64,000 nt of DNA from Octopus bimaculoides (lineage: Eukaryota). A program made the position numbers and the translations under genes. The stretch lies in the NCBI RefSeq assembly GCF_001194135.2, contig NC_068981.1, positions 47,504,739-47,568,738 on the forward strand, read 5' to 3'. How positions within the stretch are numbered: position 1 is the stretch's first letter; each line of letters starts with the position of its first letter. Below the pieces are notes generated by a model. It was not told the origin of the DNA, did no database searches, and saw nothing but the letters and a program-made list of their open reading frames with translations. Below, one piece after another: positions 26,222 to 39,554 of this stretch.

Positions 26222-27267
26222 CGGAGATATACTTGCATAGCAAGTGACTTGATCTGAGATCGTGTGCTGCAATGAAAACCATTACAGGGTGGAAGATGTT
26301 TATAAGCCATTTAAAATAACACACAAAGGCCGTTAGATTCACTTGAACATTTAAATTTAATTTGTCAACAAATTTCTACTAGCAAGTATCCTTTTGGAAT
26401 TTGGGCTGCACACTTAAATTCGGAACGACATTCAGACGAGGCATGTCACCAGGAAGCTTATGACACATATGCATAATAAAGAATTGGGAAGGTTGTACTA
26501 AATCACACTAGGCTCTATATCCCTTAAGGAATCATAAGAGCTAAGATGTTGGAAATGTTTTGATGCGTAATTAAAAATGTCAGCGTAATCTAAAATATAT
26601 TTAAAGATTATGGATACAATTGATCTATAACCGATAATTGTCGATACTGTAGGCTCACTGATATTGAAAGAAATATAGCAAGAAAATGTGTAAGTGGTAG
26701 ATTAATAGAATACATTTGCGAAAATATTTATATCAGAGTCAAGGAATTTTCAACCCAATATATACAAGCTCTACGATTCAGCATTCACCTTCAGTGCTAT
26801 GAGATCCCCGCTTTTGAAAGTGATTCATATCTGTCTTACACATTCATAAATAACAATTTCATTTCGTGAATTGCGAATATCAGTTAACTTCATTTCATTT
26901 TCATAGACTTACACTAAGTCTGATTTACGGTTCCTTATGTGTACGTGCGTGAATGTGTCTGCAGGTGCTTGAGGTTGTGTGTTTGGTTTGTTTGTTTCAT
27001 CTAACACACACTCACACACGCACACACGCACAGACACGCACACACGCGCTTGTGCACACCCGTGCATGCGCAAGCACACGCGTGCCCACATACAGCCACA
27101 TGCACACGCAAATGTCAGGCTTTGTCTACCAATCAAGGCTTAATTATTTTTGCATACATTCATACAGGCTGTCACAAAAACATGTTTACATAATTTAGCA
27201 GCTGATAACCCAATTGATTTTTTTTCTTTCCAGATTAAACACACTGGAATTAATGATGGCAGTCAGA

Positions 27268-27900
27268 CTAAGCTTTCAACAAAGGAAATTCATTCTAAAA
27301 TGCGACAGGAAGTATGAAAAAGCAGTTGAAGCGCAAATGCAGTTTAGGAGGGAGTTCAAACAGATCCGCCAACACTACGTACCATCACTTTAATTGGAAA
27401 TAAGTTTGAAGCCGATAGAAATCTTCAGAATGTCCACAAGAAGCGTTCGGGAAGACCAGAGACATCGACAACGCCAACAAAAATAAGAAGGATTGCTAGA
27501 AACGTACCACCAAAGTCCAAGAAAATCTATGTGGCTAGAGACTCGTGAGGTATGTATTACAAAATCGTCTGGCCAACGCATTTTGAAGCGGTGTCAATTG
27601 AAAAGTTCCGTTCCAGGATTAATCCATGCTATCAATGACAATGATCCAGACCGACGAGTGCACTTTTGCGAGTGGTACTTGGCATAATGTGTAGAGCATT
27701 CACTCTTTCCAACAAAGATTATATGGAGTGATGAGGCCACATCAAATTAAGTGGTTCAATTAACCTCCACAATTGCACCTACTAGGCGGGGTTGCCTGAG
27801 AATCCGCATGTTATGGTGGAAAACTTTATCAGGAGTTACAGTGTGGTGTAGATTATCCTCAAGAGGTTCATTGAACCATTCTTTTTTGACGCTATTGTGA
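27268..27900 (+). pseudogene. Tc1/mariner-superfamily transposase relic (N-terminal HTH, rosa/Visitor-like)
   Basis: MAVRLSFQQRKFILKC...RSGRP...QSPRKS...DPDRRVHFCEWY...IWSDEAT..KLSGSINLHNCTY..ENPH...VTVWC..SSRGFIEPFFF, with frameshifts and stops. The second and third catalytic Asp are not seen, so the subfamily is tentative. Confidence 0.8.
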
Positions 27901-29627
27901 CTAGTTATACACAAGTTGTATGTTGTTGTTCATTTGCATATTTTGTTGACCAAAGAACCGGCTGATAATGTATCAAATAGAAGATATATCATTAGCAAAA
28001 TTCCAAAATAAGGTGCTAGAACGATAATTGAAATGTTGAAATATATGTGTGTGATAAGAAATCCTTATAATAATAGTTAACCTGGGAAGCCTTAAGGAGA
28101 TACATAACAATTCATGTCTTGGAAAATTTGAAAACACGTAGGAAATAGCACAACCATTATAATAAATTTTGCTTATCAAAAATGCAATATTAGAATTATC
28201 ATTAATGTTGATGTTATTATTGCTGCTGTTGTTGTTGTGGCTGTTGTTGTTGTTTCAAAACTGACAGCATGTTGTACTTAATTATTTAAATATTATCTAC
28301 TTGGATTTTCTTAAACCATTTTCAACGTTTTGTCCATTAGTTCCTGAGAAACTTATTCAATATTCATTAAAATAATGGCGTCAATGAAGAATTATTGCAG
28401 AAAACAAAAAGGACATTATTTTATACTAGTCCGCCCATATGTTAAATATCTATTATTTGCTCAAAACATATCAATTATTTAACGAGGAACATTAAAATAA
28501 CAAGAGAGCTAAAAACAACACTTAGTATTATAAAAGTATTTCATCCTCTCAGCTTCATAAATATTTCCATATTGAGCGAAACCATTACTAAAAAAATATA
28601 CTATTCATATATTTCATACTTTACATAGCATTAGTCATAAAAATATGTCGCTACATTCTTTTCTTTATCATCGCTACATCTACCACCACCATAATCAATA
28701 TCAACAACATCAGCATCGTCGTTGTCGTCATCATCATATCATCATCATCATCAGTACCAGCAGCATCACAAGCAGGCGAAACTTCTCTTTCTCCTTTTAA
28801 TTTAAAGTGGAGAATATCTGATGAAAATGTTATAAAAAAGAAAGAAGAAAAAATCAATATAGCTGTCTACCTATGAGCAGCTGAACCCGCCGACAGAAAA
28901 GTAAAAACAACAACAACTGCAGAGCAGCACATGTGGCCGCCGGGTAAGCAGAGAGAGGCTACAGAATACTGTGTACCATAGTAAGAGGACATCTGGAAAT
29001 AAACAACTGGAGGAATGCAAGCATAAAAAAATAGAGATATCCCAGCGCCAAATAATACTACCGCAATAAACGCAAATATAAAACGGATACGGGTATGTTC
29101 ATGAAAATAAGAGAAACAGAAACACATTGAAAGAAAGTCTTATGGAGAGGATTTTTACAATCCTTTGTAAATGCCAGTAACGACTACATAATCACACTGA
29201 ACTGGCTGTTGGAGCAATGAGCTCTAACAAGTTAAAATATCTTTCTCACTAACGTAAAGAATATGTAGATGAACGAGAGTCAGGCTATTCTTACATCAGA
29301 TAGATTATACGTAGAGTCTACCAATATAGCTCCGCTCTAAAATTTGTAATGTAGCTTCACAAGCTTAAATATCCTAGCGCTAGATCCACAATGAAAACGA
29401 TTATTTTGATTATAATTTTAGGTTGTTAAATATAAATCTAAGAAAGCCAAATAAAACTGAATTCAGTTATACACTTTCTCGAGTATTATGAGGTCTACGC
29501 TCATATGGTTCGTCATCATCAGATCAGAACGGTGCCTGATGCAGAGGAAGGAGGCAAACGTTTGTGTATCCTACCCAATGAAAGGCAGATAACATACATT
29601 TGATAACTCAGCTTCAGCAATATTACT

Positions 29628-29920
29628 GGTGTTGCTGTGTGATAAGAAATTTACTTCCTAGTCAAATGGTGCTGAATCCAGTCCCAATGTGTCAAGTGTT
29701 TCCTACAATAGCCCCATGACGATTCAAGCCTCGAAAGTAGATTTCGTAGGCGGAAACTGAAAGAAGCCAGTCATATGTGTGCATGTTTGAGTGTGTCATT
29801 GTGACTGTGTTTGTTCCCCAGCAACACTCGATAATCGGAGTGTGTGTGTTCCTTGCCCGCTAGCTTAGTGTTTCAGCATATTGACCGGCATAAGTACGAA
29901 ACTGGAGTCAAGGTACTTGA
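29628..29920 (+). mobile_element. SINE family 1, diverged copy
   Basis: ggtgttgctgtgtgataagaaatttacttcc...ggcggaaactgaaagaagccagtcatatgtgtg. Confidence 0.7.
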
Positions 29921-31759
29921 CTTAAATACTTATTGTCGTTGGTCTAGCTTAGGCGCAGTGTTATGACTTGAACGAGACAAAGGTAAAAGAGATACATATC
30001 CAAATGTGGTTCCAGAGAAACCATATCATATCATCCGTATCGCATTTACATTTCGTGTCTGATAGAACTGCGACCTTGCAATTCAATGTGTCTGTGTATA
30101 ATTTAATCCGGGCTGTTGTATCGTCGTTGTTGCTAACGTAGAATGGCCAGAAACTATACCAACCATATTAACGGACAAGTGCAGAAAATACTCAGGCGAG
30201 CCATCCTCGAAAATGGCTGATAGATATTCACGGAGTGGACAATTACAGGGAAGTTTTTGTTTTATCAGTACTTAGCATCATACATCAATATAAGATATGC
30301 ATAGGTAGTCAGCAGATAAAATATATTACAAAAGACATTGCAGCCAATACTCTAGGAGCGTAGAGAATGCTCATCCCAATTTATTTAAGTAAAATACAAA
30401 TGAACTATTGCTTGCCTTATAGTCTACAACACAAAAAACATTTCTGAAGAGCTAAGATGAGAAATATCTTGCATCCTGAAGCAGAGGCAAGCATCAAATC
30501 TGAGAGATATGTAGATTTGTTGGATGAGGGGTAAATAGATGAGATACTTGATTTCACATAACTCTTAATTGAAACATTTCGGAGTAGCTCTAGTTATTGA
30601 TGAGGATATAATGAAAAAAACTTACACTGTCCTAATTGTATCCTGGGGAATGTAAGAATATTTCAAATATCTGTCATTTGGTTGTAATATTTAGAGCCAT
30701 TAACTGTTATAAGCAAATTATGCATGGCACTGAGGTAGTTGATTAAATATTGAGTGCTATATTTAGGAACTTAATGTTCGGTGTTGACGAAGGTGGAACG
30801 TAATTGTATGTCGTCACGCTGGAACGGAAAATAATATCTGAAATGTTCCGTAGGTAGATACAGGTTTCACGTTTCCACAATTATAGTACTAGAAAAAAAA
30901 TCAAATATGTGCTGATTGCCATAACTTTTTTGAAGAAAGAATAAAGTATTATTATTATTCAGTAGTTTTATTTTTATAACGTGCTTTCACTACCGAGTGT
31001 AGCTCTGTGTGCCTCGTGTATGTGCTGTGGTTTGCTGTGATGCCGCCGCCGCCGCCGCCGCGGTCATCGTCATCTGTTTGTCTTTTGCTTTGTATTTGTA
31101 CAAGTTGGCTCCAAGTTTCACCGAGAGACCTCAACAGACAACAAATTAGAAATTCACGTTTGTGTTATGCCCAGGTTGTCATAGATTTCGTGTTGCATAT
31201 AGTATTGACCTAGAGATCATATGAAAATAATTTACATAGGATGTGGGCAGTTCACATGAGCACAATTTTTTCAGTTTCTGCCGTTTTGGAACTCCCCAGT
31301 ATCTGAGTTATATTTATATAATTATATATGTATATTTATATTATGTATTGCACGACTTAGCGTTGAATGAAATATATGCATTTACAAGGACATTTATGAC
31401 ATTCATATTAGCATAGCATGAAGAGACGTTTCCTAGAGAAATCAGCGTTGTACTAACATTTCTTCTTAAACAGCCTCAGTGAAAAACTCATTATAATATG
31501 AACAACCTCATTAAAATTGACATAGCCCTAAGTCTCTCTTTATCTCTTTAAACGTATCAACAATATTTATGTTGTATAGATTTTCTCTTTTAAATATTAT
31601 TTTAAACATCATTTATGTAATATTTTATACCGTCCCATTTCTCTAATGTTTGGTTTAATATATCAGGAACATCTCAGCATTAATCAACAAGACAGATGTT
31701 TGTGTGGCATTTTGTGTCCGAAAGGTATTATTTTGGTTTTTGGTACCGTTGTAGTTGAA

Positions 31760-31910
31760 GTTAACCTGGCACAATGCTTAGCACGCCAGACCACATGCTG
31801 CTGTGCATTTTTTTATCTGTATATTCTCAATTCAAATTCTGTTGACGTCAATATTCCCCTTCTTCGTTTTGGACTCGGAAAAACAATACAGTTTGAACAT
31901 TGGGTTGCAT
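31760..31910 (+). mobile_element. SINE family 3, very old copy
   Basis: ttagcacgccagacc...attctcaattcaaattctgttgacgtc...acagtttgaacattggg. Confidence 0.5.
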
Positions 31911-32758
31911 ATTATTGAGTATCTTGTCTACCTTTACAGTTCAGGCTTTGTACCTATGTAGAATGATTAATTATTGATATTATCGCTTGAAACTCATAAT
32001 GAAAATGTTTCTATGCTTTCATAATCCCACACAAAAAGGTAAAAATACACAATATGCACTATTTCTCCTCTTGTCTGATCCTCGGGATAGAGAGTTCCCA
32101 AACTTCATTAGGTTTGGGTATCTGACAGCTATAGAATTCATATGAGAATTAAGTCTTCATTTTGATGCATATGATTTGACAGTTTGTCACTACTAATTAA
32201 CAATATATATTTCAAGCAGAAGATATCAATAATTAGAGAAAATGCAATCATTTGAGAGAAGACAAATATAATGATTAGTAAGAATATAATCACTCAGAAA
32301 ATGAAAAGTCAAAATCGAAAATATGCAAATTATGCAGTACACTTACGAAAAATATTAAAACTTACGAGCGTATATTTAGAAACTTAATCTTCTATGCTGA
32401 AGAAAAAGGATCTTAAAGAGGATCATCACGATGGGATGGAAAATAAATCGTAAAATTTTTGGCAGATTTGTCATTTCTACAAGTATAGTACACAATAATC
32501 AAAGATGCCTGATACGCGTTATATTATTTTTTAAACAAAATATAAAGTATTTTTATTAGCATTGCTTTACATCTCAGAGCGCTTGGTTTGCCTGGTCAGG
32601 TAGGTATAGTGAGAGCAGAGAGGAGCCTTCTATCACAAGTTTAACATGAGCTGTTTCCGTACATTGTAAGGTTTCGTTCCTGGTTCTTAATTGTTAATTA
32701 TCGTGGTAATCATCCGACAACCAAATGCTGCTGCTGCTGCTGCTGCTGCTGGTGATGG

Positions 32759-32790
<32 letters not shown>

Positions 32791-32854
32791 ATGATGGTGG
32801 TGGTGGTGGTGGTGGTGGTTGCGGTAGTAGTAGTAGTAGTAGTAGATGATGATG

Positions 32855-33500
32855 ATATAGGACTGCTATGACCCTTCTGGAGGGGATATGCATATAAAGA
32901 AGAAGAGTTCAATAATTAAATTTGCTGAACACAATATTTCGGTATCTCACGTAACTTCAACGGGTTCGAAATTTGGTAAGTCAGTCTACAACATTTTTTT
33001 TATAGATAACTAGGACTGTTATGACTCCTCTAGATTGAAAATGAAAATAAAGAAGAAGAGTTCCATAATTAAATATGCTGAACAAACTATTTCGGTATCT
33101 CACGTACATTCAAATTACCTACGAAATTTCGAACCCGTTAAATGTACGTGAGATACCGAAATATTGTGTTCAGCAAATTTCATAATGGAACACTACTTCT
33201 TTATTTACATATTACCTCAAGAGGAGTCATAGCAATCCTATATTATCTATCAAAAAATGAAGCAGACCGACATACCAAATTTCGAACCCGAAAATTACGT
33301 GACATACCGAAATATTGTGTTCAGCAAATTTAATTATGGAACTCTTCTTCTTTATTTACATATTCCCTCCAGAGGAGTCATAGCAGTCCTCTATTATCTA
33401 TAAAAAAAAAGTACACAGTTATATCAAATTTCGAACCCGTTGAAAGTTCTTGAGATAACGAAATATTGTATTCATCAAATTTAATTATAGGTCTGTTCTT
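32855..33500. repeat. ~155-bp satellite, left block (about 1.7 inverted units, then about 2.4 forward units)
   Basis: Unit consensus gtagactgacataccaaatttcgaacccgttaaaggtacgtgagataccgaaayattgtgttcagcaaatttaattattgaactcttcttctttatttamatattccctccagaggagtcatagcagtcctatattatctataaaa. Orientation flips near 33115. Confidence 0.9.
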
Positions 33501-33635
33501 TGGATTACTTTTGATTTTGTCTGTGTTTTTGTGCTGTGCGGTTAGAGCGTAAAATTTTGAAAGAAAAAGAGGAAACCCCTTGAAACAGTTGGTGAAAACC
33601 AGTAACGGTTTTCCCCGTGTAGGGAGGCCTGCACG

Positions 33636-34801
33636 ATGGCCGAAGCAGGAAGAGTAAGTCCTGCACAGGAAAAGGAGGAAATGAGTGTGGAGCAGATGAT
33701 GGAAAGAGATTGGCCAACATTGGTGACAAATAGTGGCGAAGCAGAGAGTCCGAAAACGGTAAAAGACAGGGAACAGTCTGGAAGAGGGGTTGATTTTGCA
33801 GCAGTCACTGGTGACAAGAGGCGAACTGTTAACATCGAGAATGCCGAGAGGCATAAGAATATGATGAAGAGAGAGGGTCATGGTGTTGTGGCAACCCCTC
33901 CCGAAAGTTTCATAGAAAAAACACAAAGGCAAACGTTAATTTTTGAAACATATAATAAAAAAGCGAAAGAAATTGAAGACGTATCGGAGGCTGAAATTGA
34001 AAAGTGCTTAAAATCATTGTTAAACAAAATTACGTACATAACCAAAGGCAAGCGCTATGCTACGGTAGAGGTGAGCATGGAGTCAGAGGAAGCTGCCCGA
34101 CTCCATTCTGTGGAGCCTCTGGAAACAGAAAATGTGGTTCTCCTACCACTGTACATGGGTAGGAGAACATCACAAATAACAATTGCGAACATTCCCCCTG
34201 AAGTTGACCCAGAGTGGTTAGTCGCTGCAACGACTATGGGCCTGGAAGATAAGATCACAATTCTAGAAGCAATTGTGACCGAACCAAAGCTGAGATGCGG
34301 CCAGGCCCTCAAAATGACTATTCAAGCGTAACAAGCCACACTGGAAGAAATTATTGAAAGCTTTGAGGTTGGCGGCACACGACTAATCATGTCAGTGGAT
34401 GGCCGCAAACCTCGTTGCTTCCAGTGTGGAATGAAGGGTCTCCTCAGGGCGAACTGCAGCCAGAAGAAGAACGATGGAAAGACAAACCAGGAGGATACAG
34501 AAAGGAAAAAGAAGGAAAATGGAGAAGGGAAGAAAAATGGAGAAGGAAAAAGAGGAAAAAATCCAGAGATGGTGGAGCAAACACCGGTGCCAGTGGAAAA
34601 GGTTGGAGAGGGTTGGACTATTGTGTCCAACAAAAGAAAACAACCCTCCCCAACGAAAGAAGAGGAAGAAGAAAAGAAAAAAAACAAAAAAAAAGTGAAG
34701 CAAAAGTAAAAGACAGTATGTACATGGTGGTTCGAACTTCGAACAGAGAGCTAATGAACCACCTAGCAACGATCGACAACGAAAAAATGAAAAGGATATA
34801 G
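33636..34801 (+). pseudogene. Tx1-like ORF1 (RRM-like + CCHC), interrupted by a stop at ~34329
   Basis: YATVEVSMESEEAA...VLLPLYMGRRTSQITIANIPPEVDPEWL and then VDGRKPRCFQCGMKGLLRANC. Confidence 0.85.
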
Positions 34802-35607
34802 TACAAAAAAGGAAAAGCTGTTTATNNNNNNNNNNNNNNNNNNNNNNNNNNNNNNNNNNNNNNNNNNNNNNNNNNNNNNNNNNNNNNNNNNNNNNNNNNN
34901 NNNNNNNNNNNNNNNNNNNNNNNNNNNNNNNNNNNNNNNNNNNNNNNNNNNNNNNNNNNNNNNNNNNNNNNNNNNNNNNNNNNNNNNNNNNNNNNNNNNN
35001 NNNNNNNNNNNNNNNNNNNNNNNNNNNNNNNNNNNNNNNNNNNNNNNNNNNNNNNNNNNNNNNNNNNNNNNNNNNNNNNNNNNNNNNNNNNNNNNNNNNN
35101 NNNNNNNNNNNNNNNNNNNNNNNNNNNNNNNNNNNNNNNNNNNNNNNNNNNNNNNNNNNNNNNNNNNNNNNNNNNNNNNNNNNNNNNNNNNNNNNNNNNN
35201 NNNNNNNNNNNNNNNNNNNNNNNNNNNNNNNNNNNNNNNNNNNNNNNNNNNNNNNNNNNNNNNNNNNNNNNNNNNNNNNNNNNNNNNNNNNNNNNNNNNN
35301 NNNNNNNNNNNNNNNNNNNNNNNNNNNNNNNNNNNNNNNNNNNNNNNNNNNNNNNNNNNNNNNNNNNNNNNNNNNNNNNNNNNNNNNNNNNNNNNNNNNN
35401 NNNNNNNNNNNNNNNNNNNNNNNNNNNNNNNNNNNNNNNNNNNNNNNNNNNNNNNNNNNNNNNNNNNNNNNNNNNNNNNNNNNNNNNNNNNNNNNNNNNN
35501 NNNNNNNNNNNNNNNNNNNNNNNNNNNNNNNNNNNNNNNNNNNNNNNNNNNNNNNNNNNNNNNNNNNNNNNNNNNNNNNNNNNNNNNNNNNNNNNNNNNN
35601 NNNNNNN

Positions 35608-38168
35608 TGGCTCGCAGACAGATAGAACAGCGAGTCCTGGCTTTCGGGACATGCTCAGCCACTTTCAGCTGGCAGACCCGTATAGACTGGAACACCCAAC
35701 AGCTCCCCAGTGGACGTGGTCAAGTAGCGATGGGTCTACCAGGTCTTATTTAGATAGGATATTGATAAGAAAAGTAGATAAAGATATTGTTAGGTGTCCA
35801 CAATTTTACCCAGTCAGCTATAGTGACCACAAGATGGTCACAAGCGAGCTGACTGTAGATAAGATGTATAGACAGGGATCTGGCTACTGGAAACTCAACA
35901 AGTCCCTTTTGGAGAATGAGGAGTACAGAAAGCGGATCAAGCTAATAATTCAAAGGGCGTTAACAGGTACCATCATTCATAATAAATGGTGGTACGCCCT
36001 TAAGCGAGCCATAAAATATGAGTCGATAAGATTTAGTATAGGCTTAGCTAAGAAGGAACGTAGAATAGGCGATGGTCTAGTTAAGGAGTTAGAGAAAGCC
36101 ATGGAGAATGGTAATGCGGACCAAATGAAGGCCAAGAGACTGGAACTAAACCAGCACCTCGAAAGCCGACACATGGGAAGCATTATCAGAGCAAAAATTC
36201 GTCCAATGGGTTGTGNNNNNNNNNNGTAGGGGCAAATCGCCGGGACTTGACGGCCTACCCTATGAATTATATAAAAGTATGCCAGACTTGTTCGGACACC
36301 TGTTGGCTTGTGTGTACACGAACTGGCAGCAGAATGGGTGGATCCCCAGCTCTGTGCGCCGGGGAGTAGTGACACTAGTCAGGAAGGACCCGAACAAGGG
36401 GGATTGTTTAGAGAACATTAGGCCCATCACTCTGCTAAATACAGAAGTGAAGATTATGGCCAAGGTATTAGCGAAAATGTTGGCGCGTGTCGCGGATGGT
36501 TTGATTGGGGAGGCACAGACCTGTGCCGTCCCTGGTAGGACCATTCAGGATAATCTCCACCTTATCCGCTATACCATAGAGAGGTTTGGGACTAAAACTG
36601 GCAGAGGTGGAGTTTTGGTGCATTTAGACCAATCTAAGGCATTTGATAGTGTCGGCCATCGATACCTGGTGAGTGTTCTTGCGAGGTTGGGCTTGCGCGT
36701 CGGTTTCCTCAGGTGGATCATTCAATTGTATCAAAACATTGACTCGATAGTTCCGGTGAACAGTTTTCTCTCTAAAGCGTTCTACATCAAACGTTTGGTT
36801 CGCCAGGGCTGTCCACTCTCTCCGCTTTTGTACGTGGTGGCTCTGGAGCCGCTGCTGAGAAAGCTGAGGGAGATCCGGAGAGCGCCGGGCGTGGAGGAGT
36901 GGGTTACAGCATATGCGGACGACATCACCATCAGCATGACCACAATGAAACGCCTACGTAAAGTAGGCAAAGTTATTGAGGAATACGAGACGGTGGCAGG
37001 AGCAAAGATTAATCGGGAGAAGTGAGTCGGCTTGCATTTCGGCACCTGGAGGGGTAAGTTGATGCCTTCGGATAGCGTCGTAGAACGCTGGACGGAGGGG
37101 CCGGTTAAGTTGCTGGGGGTTTGGTTTGGTCCAGACCTCCAGGTGCAGAAGAACTGGGCAGAGGTGTCGTGCAAGATAGCCGGTATAGCCAAGAGTTGGT
37201 CTTGGCGAAGGCTGTCCTTGAAAGGGAGGGCGGAGGTAGCCAATGTGTTTATCGCATCGGTTATTACCTACCGCCTGACCGTCGTTCCTTGCCCGGATTC
37301 GTGGTTGACCAAGTTCGAAAGACAGCTCCTTCACTTTTTGTGGAGGGGCTCGAAGCCACTTGTGAGACGCTCTATCTGTTGCCAGAAACCGTTAAAGGGA
37401 GGTTTAGGTGTGCCTTGGTTGATGATGCGCGGGCATGCGTTGAGGTTGAGGCATCTTTGGATACTCCTGGATGGTGACCAGGTGTGGTCTCCGTCGGCAA
37501 GACAAATGTTCGCCAACTTCGCCAGTATGAGTGCTAAGGAAGTTTGGTGCTATTGTAGACCGAGGTTGAGCATGTGGTACACGGAGTGCCGTAAGGCCCT
37601 CCTGCTATTCCGTCGCTCGGGCAACGCCGGCAGCGGGGGTTCTACAACATTCTTTTATAGAGGGTTAGTAGAGGCAGAATGTGACGATGACCTGGGAACG
37701 ACTCTGGGTCTCGGATTTATTGAACTCGACAGCCTGTTCTTCCGTACATTCGGGTGGAAGTCGTTGGATAATTTCCAAATGTCTTTGACCTGGCAATGCT
37801 ACAGAGGAGACTTGCCCGTTTGCGATAAACTTGCAAGACATTGATCGCAGATATCACCGACCTGGCCAAAATGCGGTCGGGATAGGGAAACCGTCCCGCA
37901 CGCTATTGTACGGTGTCCAGGGGTCTCTGAAATGTGGGTTTACGTGGAACATCTAATGTCAAGTGAAGGAAGAGTACAGTTGTCGGCTGAGTCAATTATA
38001 AAAATTGACCCGCCAAGTTTGTTATCAAACGAAGGTAAGAAATGTTTCCTCATTACAGTAGCAGTAGCGAAAGAGTTTGTGTGGAAGACTAGAATGGAAG
38101 GGAACAAGACGGGCACTTTCATCTCTAGTCAGGGTCTGGTGAGATATTTTTCTTTTCATTTGAAATGA
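35608..38168 (+). pseudogene. Tx1-like ORF2: APE endonuclease C-terminus, reverse transcriptase, C-terminal Zn finger, with several stops and frameshifts
   Basis: SYLDRILI...SDHKMV...WKLNKSLL; GKSPGLDGLPYELY; RPITLLNTEVKI; LDQSKAFD; VRQGCPLSPLLY; AYADD; PKCGRDRETVPHAIVRCP. Confidence 0.92.
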
Positions 38169-38509
38169 AAAATACGACTGGAGAGAAGGGGTTTGTCGGA
38201 GAAAATGTTTCAATCAAGATGGAAATATGTCGGTCGAGTTTTGCGATTGAAACGGTCCAATTGAATAGGCCATAGGTGTCTTCGAAAGTTTGAATGGTGG
38301 GATGGGCCTTGTGGGGTCGGAGCGTAACCCAGTCCCCCACTTCATCTGTCTATATTGTTTTGTGTGTTGTTTGTTGTAATACGTTCGAATTTCGATTTTA
38401 TTATATTTTTAAGTGTTTCATATTTTTGTAAACCTATACGTTTTATCTGACCCCAATCAGATGTATGGTCCCTATCTTTGTTTGGCCCCTAGTGGGTAAT
38501 AAAGAGATA

Positions 38510-39418
38510 CAAATTTCGAAGCCGTTAAAGGAACGTGAGGTACCGAAACATTGTGTTAAGCAAATTTAATTATTGAACATTTCTTCTTTATTTAAATATT
38601 CCCTCCAGACGACTCATAGCAGTCCTATATTATCTATATAACAACTTATGTAGTCTGACATAGCAAATTCCGAACCCGTTAAATGTACGTGAGATACCGA
38701 AACATTGTGTTCAGCAAATATAATTATTGGACTCTTCTCCTTTATTTAAATATTCCCTACAGATGAGTCATAGATGTCCTATATTATCTATAAAACAATT
38801 TAAGTAGTCTGACATACTAAATTTCGAAGCCGTTAAAGGTTCGTAAGATACCGAAATATTGTGTTCAGCAAATTTAATTACGGAACTCTTCTTCTTTGTT
38901 TGAAAATTCCCTCCAGAGGAGTCATAATTATCTATAATAAAAATGATGTAGACTGACATACCAAATTTCGAACCCGTTAAAGATACGTGAACTAACGAAA
39001 CATTGTGTTTAGCAAATTAAATTATTGAACTCTTCTTCTTTATTTAAATATTCCCTCCAGAGGATTCATAACAGTCCTATATTATCTATAAAACAACTTA
39101 AGTAGACAGTCATACCAAATTTCGAACTCGTTAAATGTACGTGAGATACCGAAACATTGTGTTCAGCAAATTTAATTATTGAACTCTTCTTCTTTATTTA
39201 AATATTCCCTCCAGACCAGATGAGTCATAGCAGTCCTATATTATCTATAAAACAATTTAAGTAGATTGACATACCAAATTTCGAACCCGTTAAAGGTACG
39301 TGAGATACCGAAACATTGTGTTAAGCAAATTTAATTATTGAACTCTTCTTCGTTATTTAAATATTCCCTCCAGACCAGAGGAGTCATAGCAGTCCTGTAT
39401 TATCTATAAAACAATTTA
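38510..39418. repeat. ~155-bp satellite, middle block (about 6 units)
   Basis: Repeating aaatttcgaacccgttaa...gagataccgaaacattgtg units. Confidence 0.95.
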
Positions 39419-39508
39419 CCATCGTTCACTTTTTCTGTGTAATTTTTAATTATCTGTCTTTTCTCTCTTTTTTTTTTTAAATTATATTTATAACAAAANN
39501 NNNNNNNN

Positions 39509-39554
<46 letters not shown>

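Larger units (their letters stand above)
33500..38509 (+). mobile_element. Near full-length Tx1-clade (L1 group) non-LTR retrotransposon inside the satellite
   Basis: ORF1 (33636-~34800), APE-RT ORF2 (to ~38170), and a 3' UTR ending gggtaataaagagata. Satellite on both sides. Two assembly gaps inside. Confidence 0.9.

Noticed and set aside
36260-37516. Antisense and alternative-frame ORFs over the Tx1 elements
   Set aside because: Shadow ORFs of GC-richer TE coding sequence with no independent motifs.
33476-38516. caaattt as TSD of the long Tx1 element
   Set aside because: The motif occurs twice per satellite unit, satellite-like sequence continues past the left copy, and the two sides resume out of register, so no TSD can be assigned.
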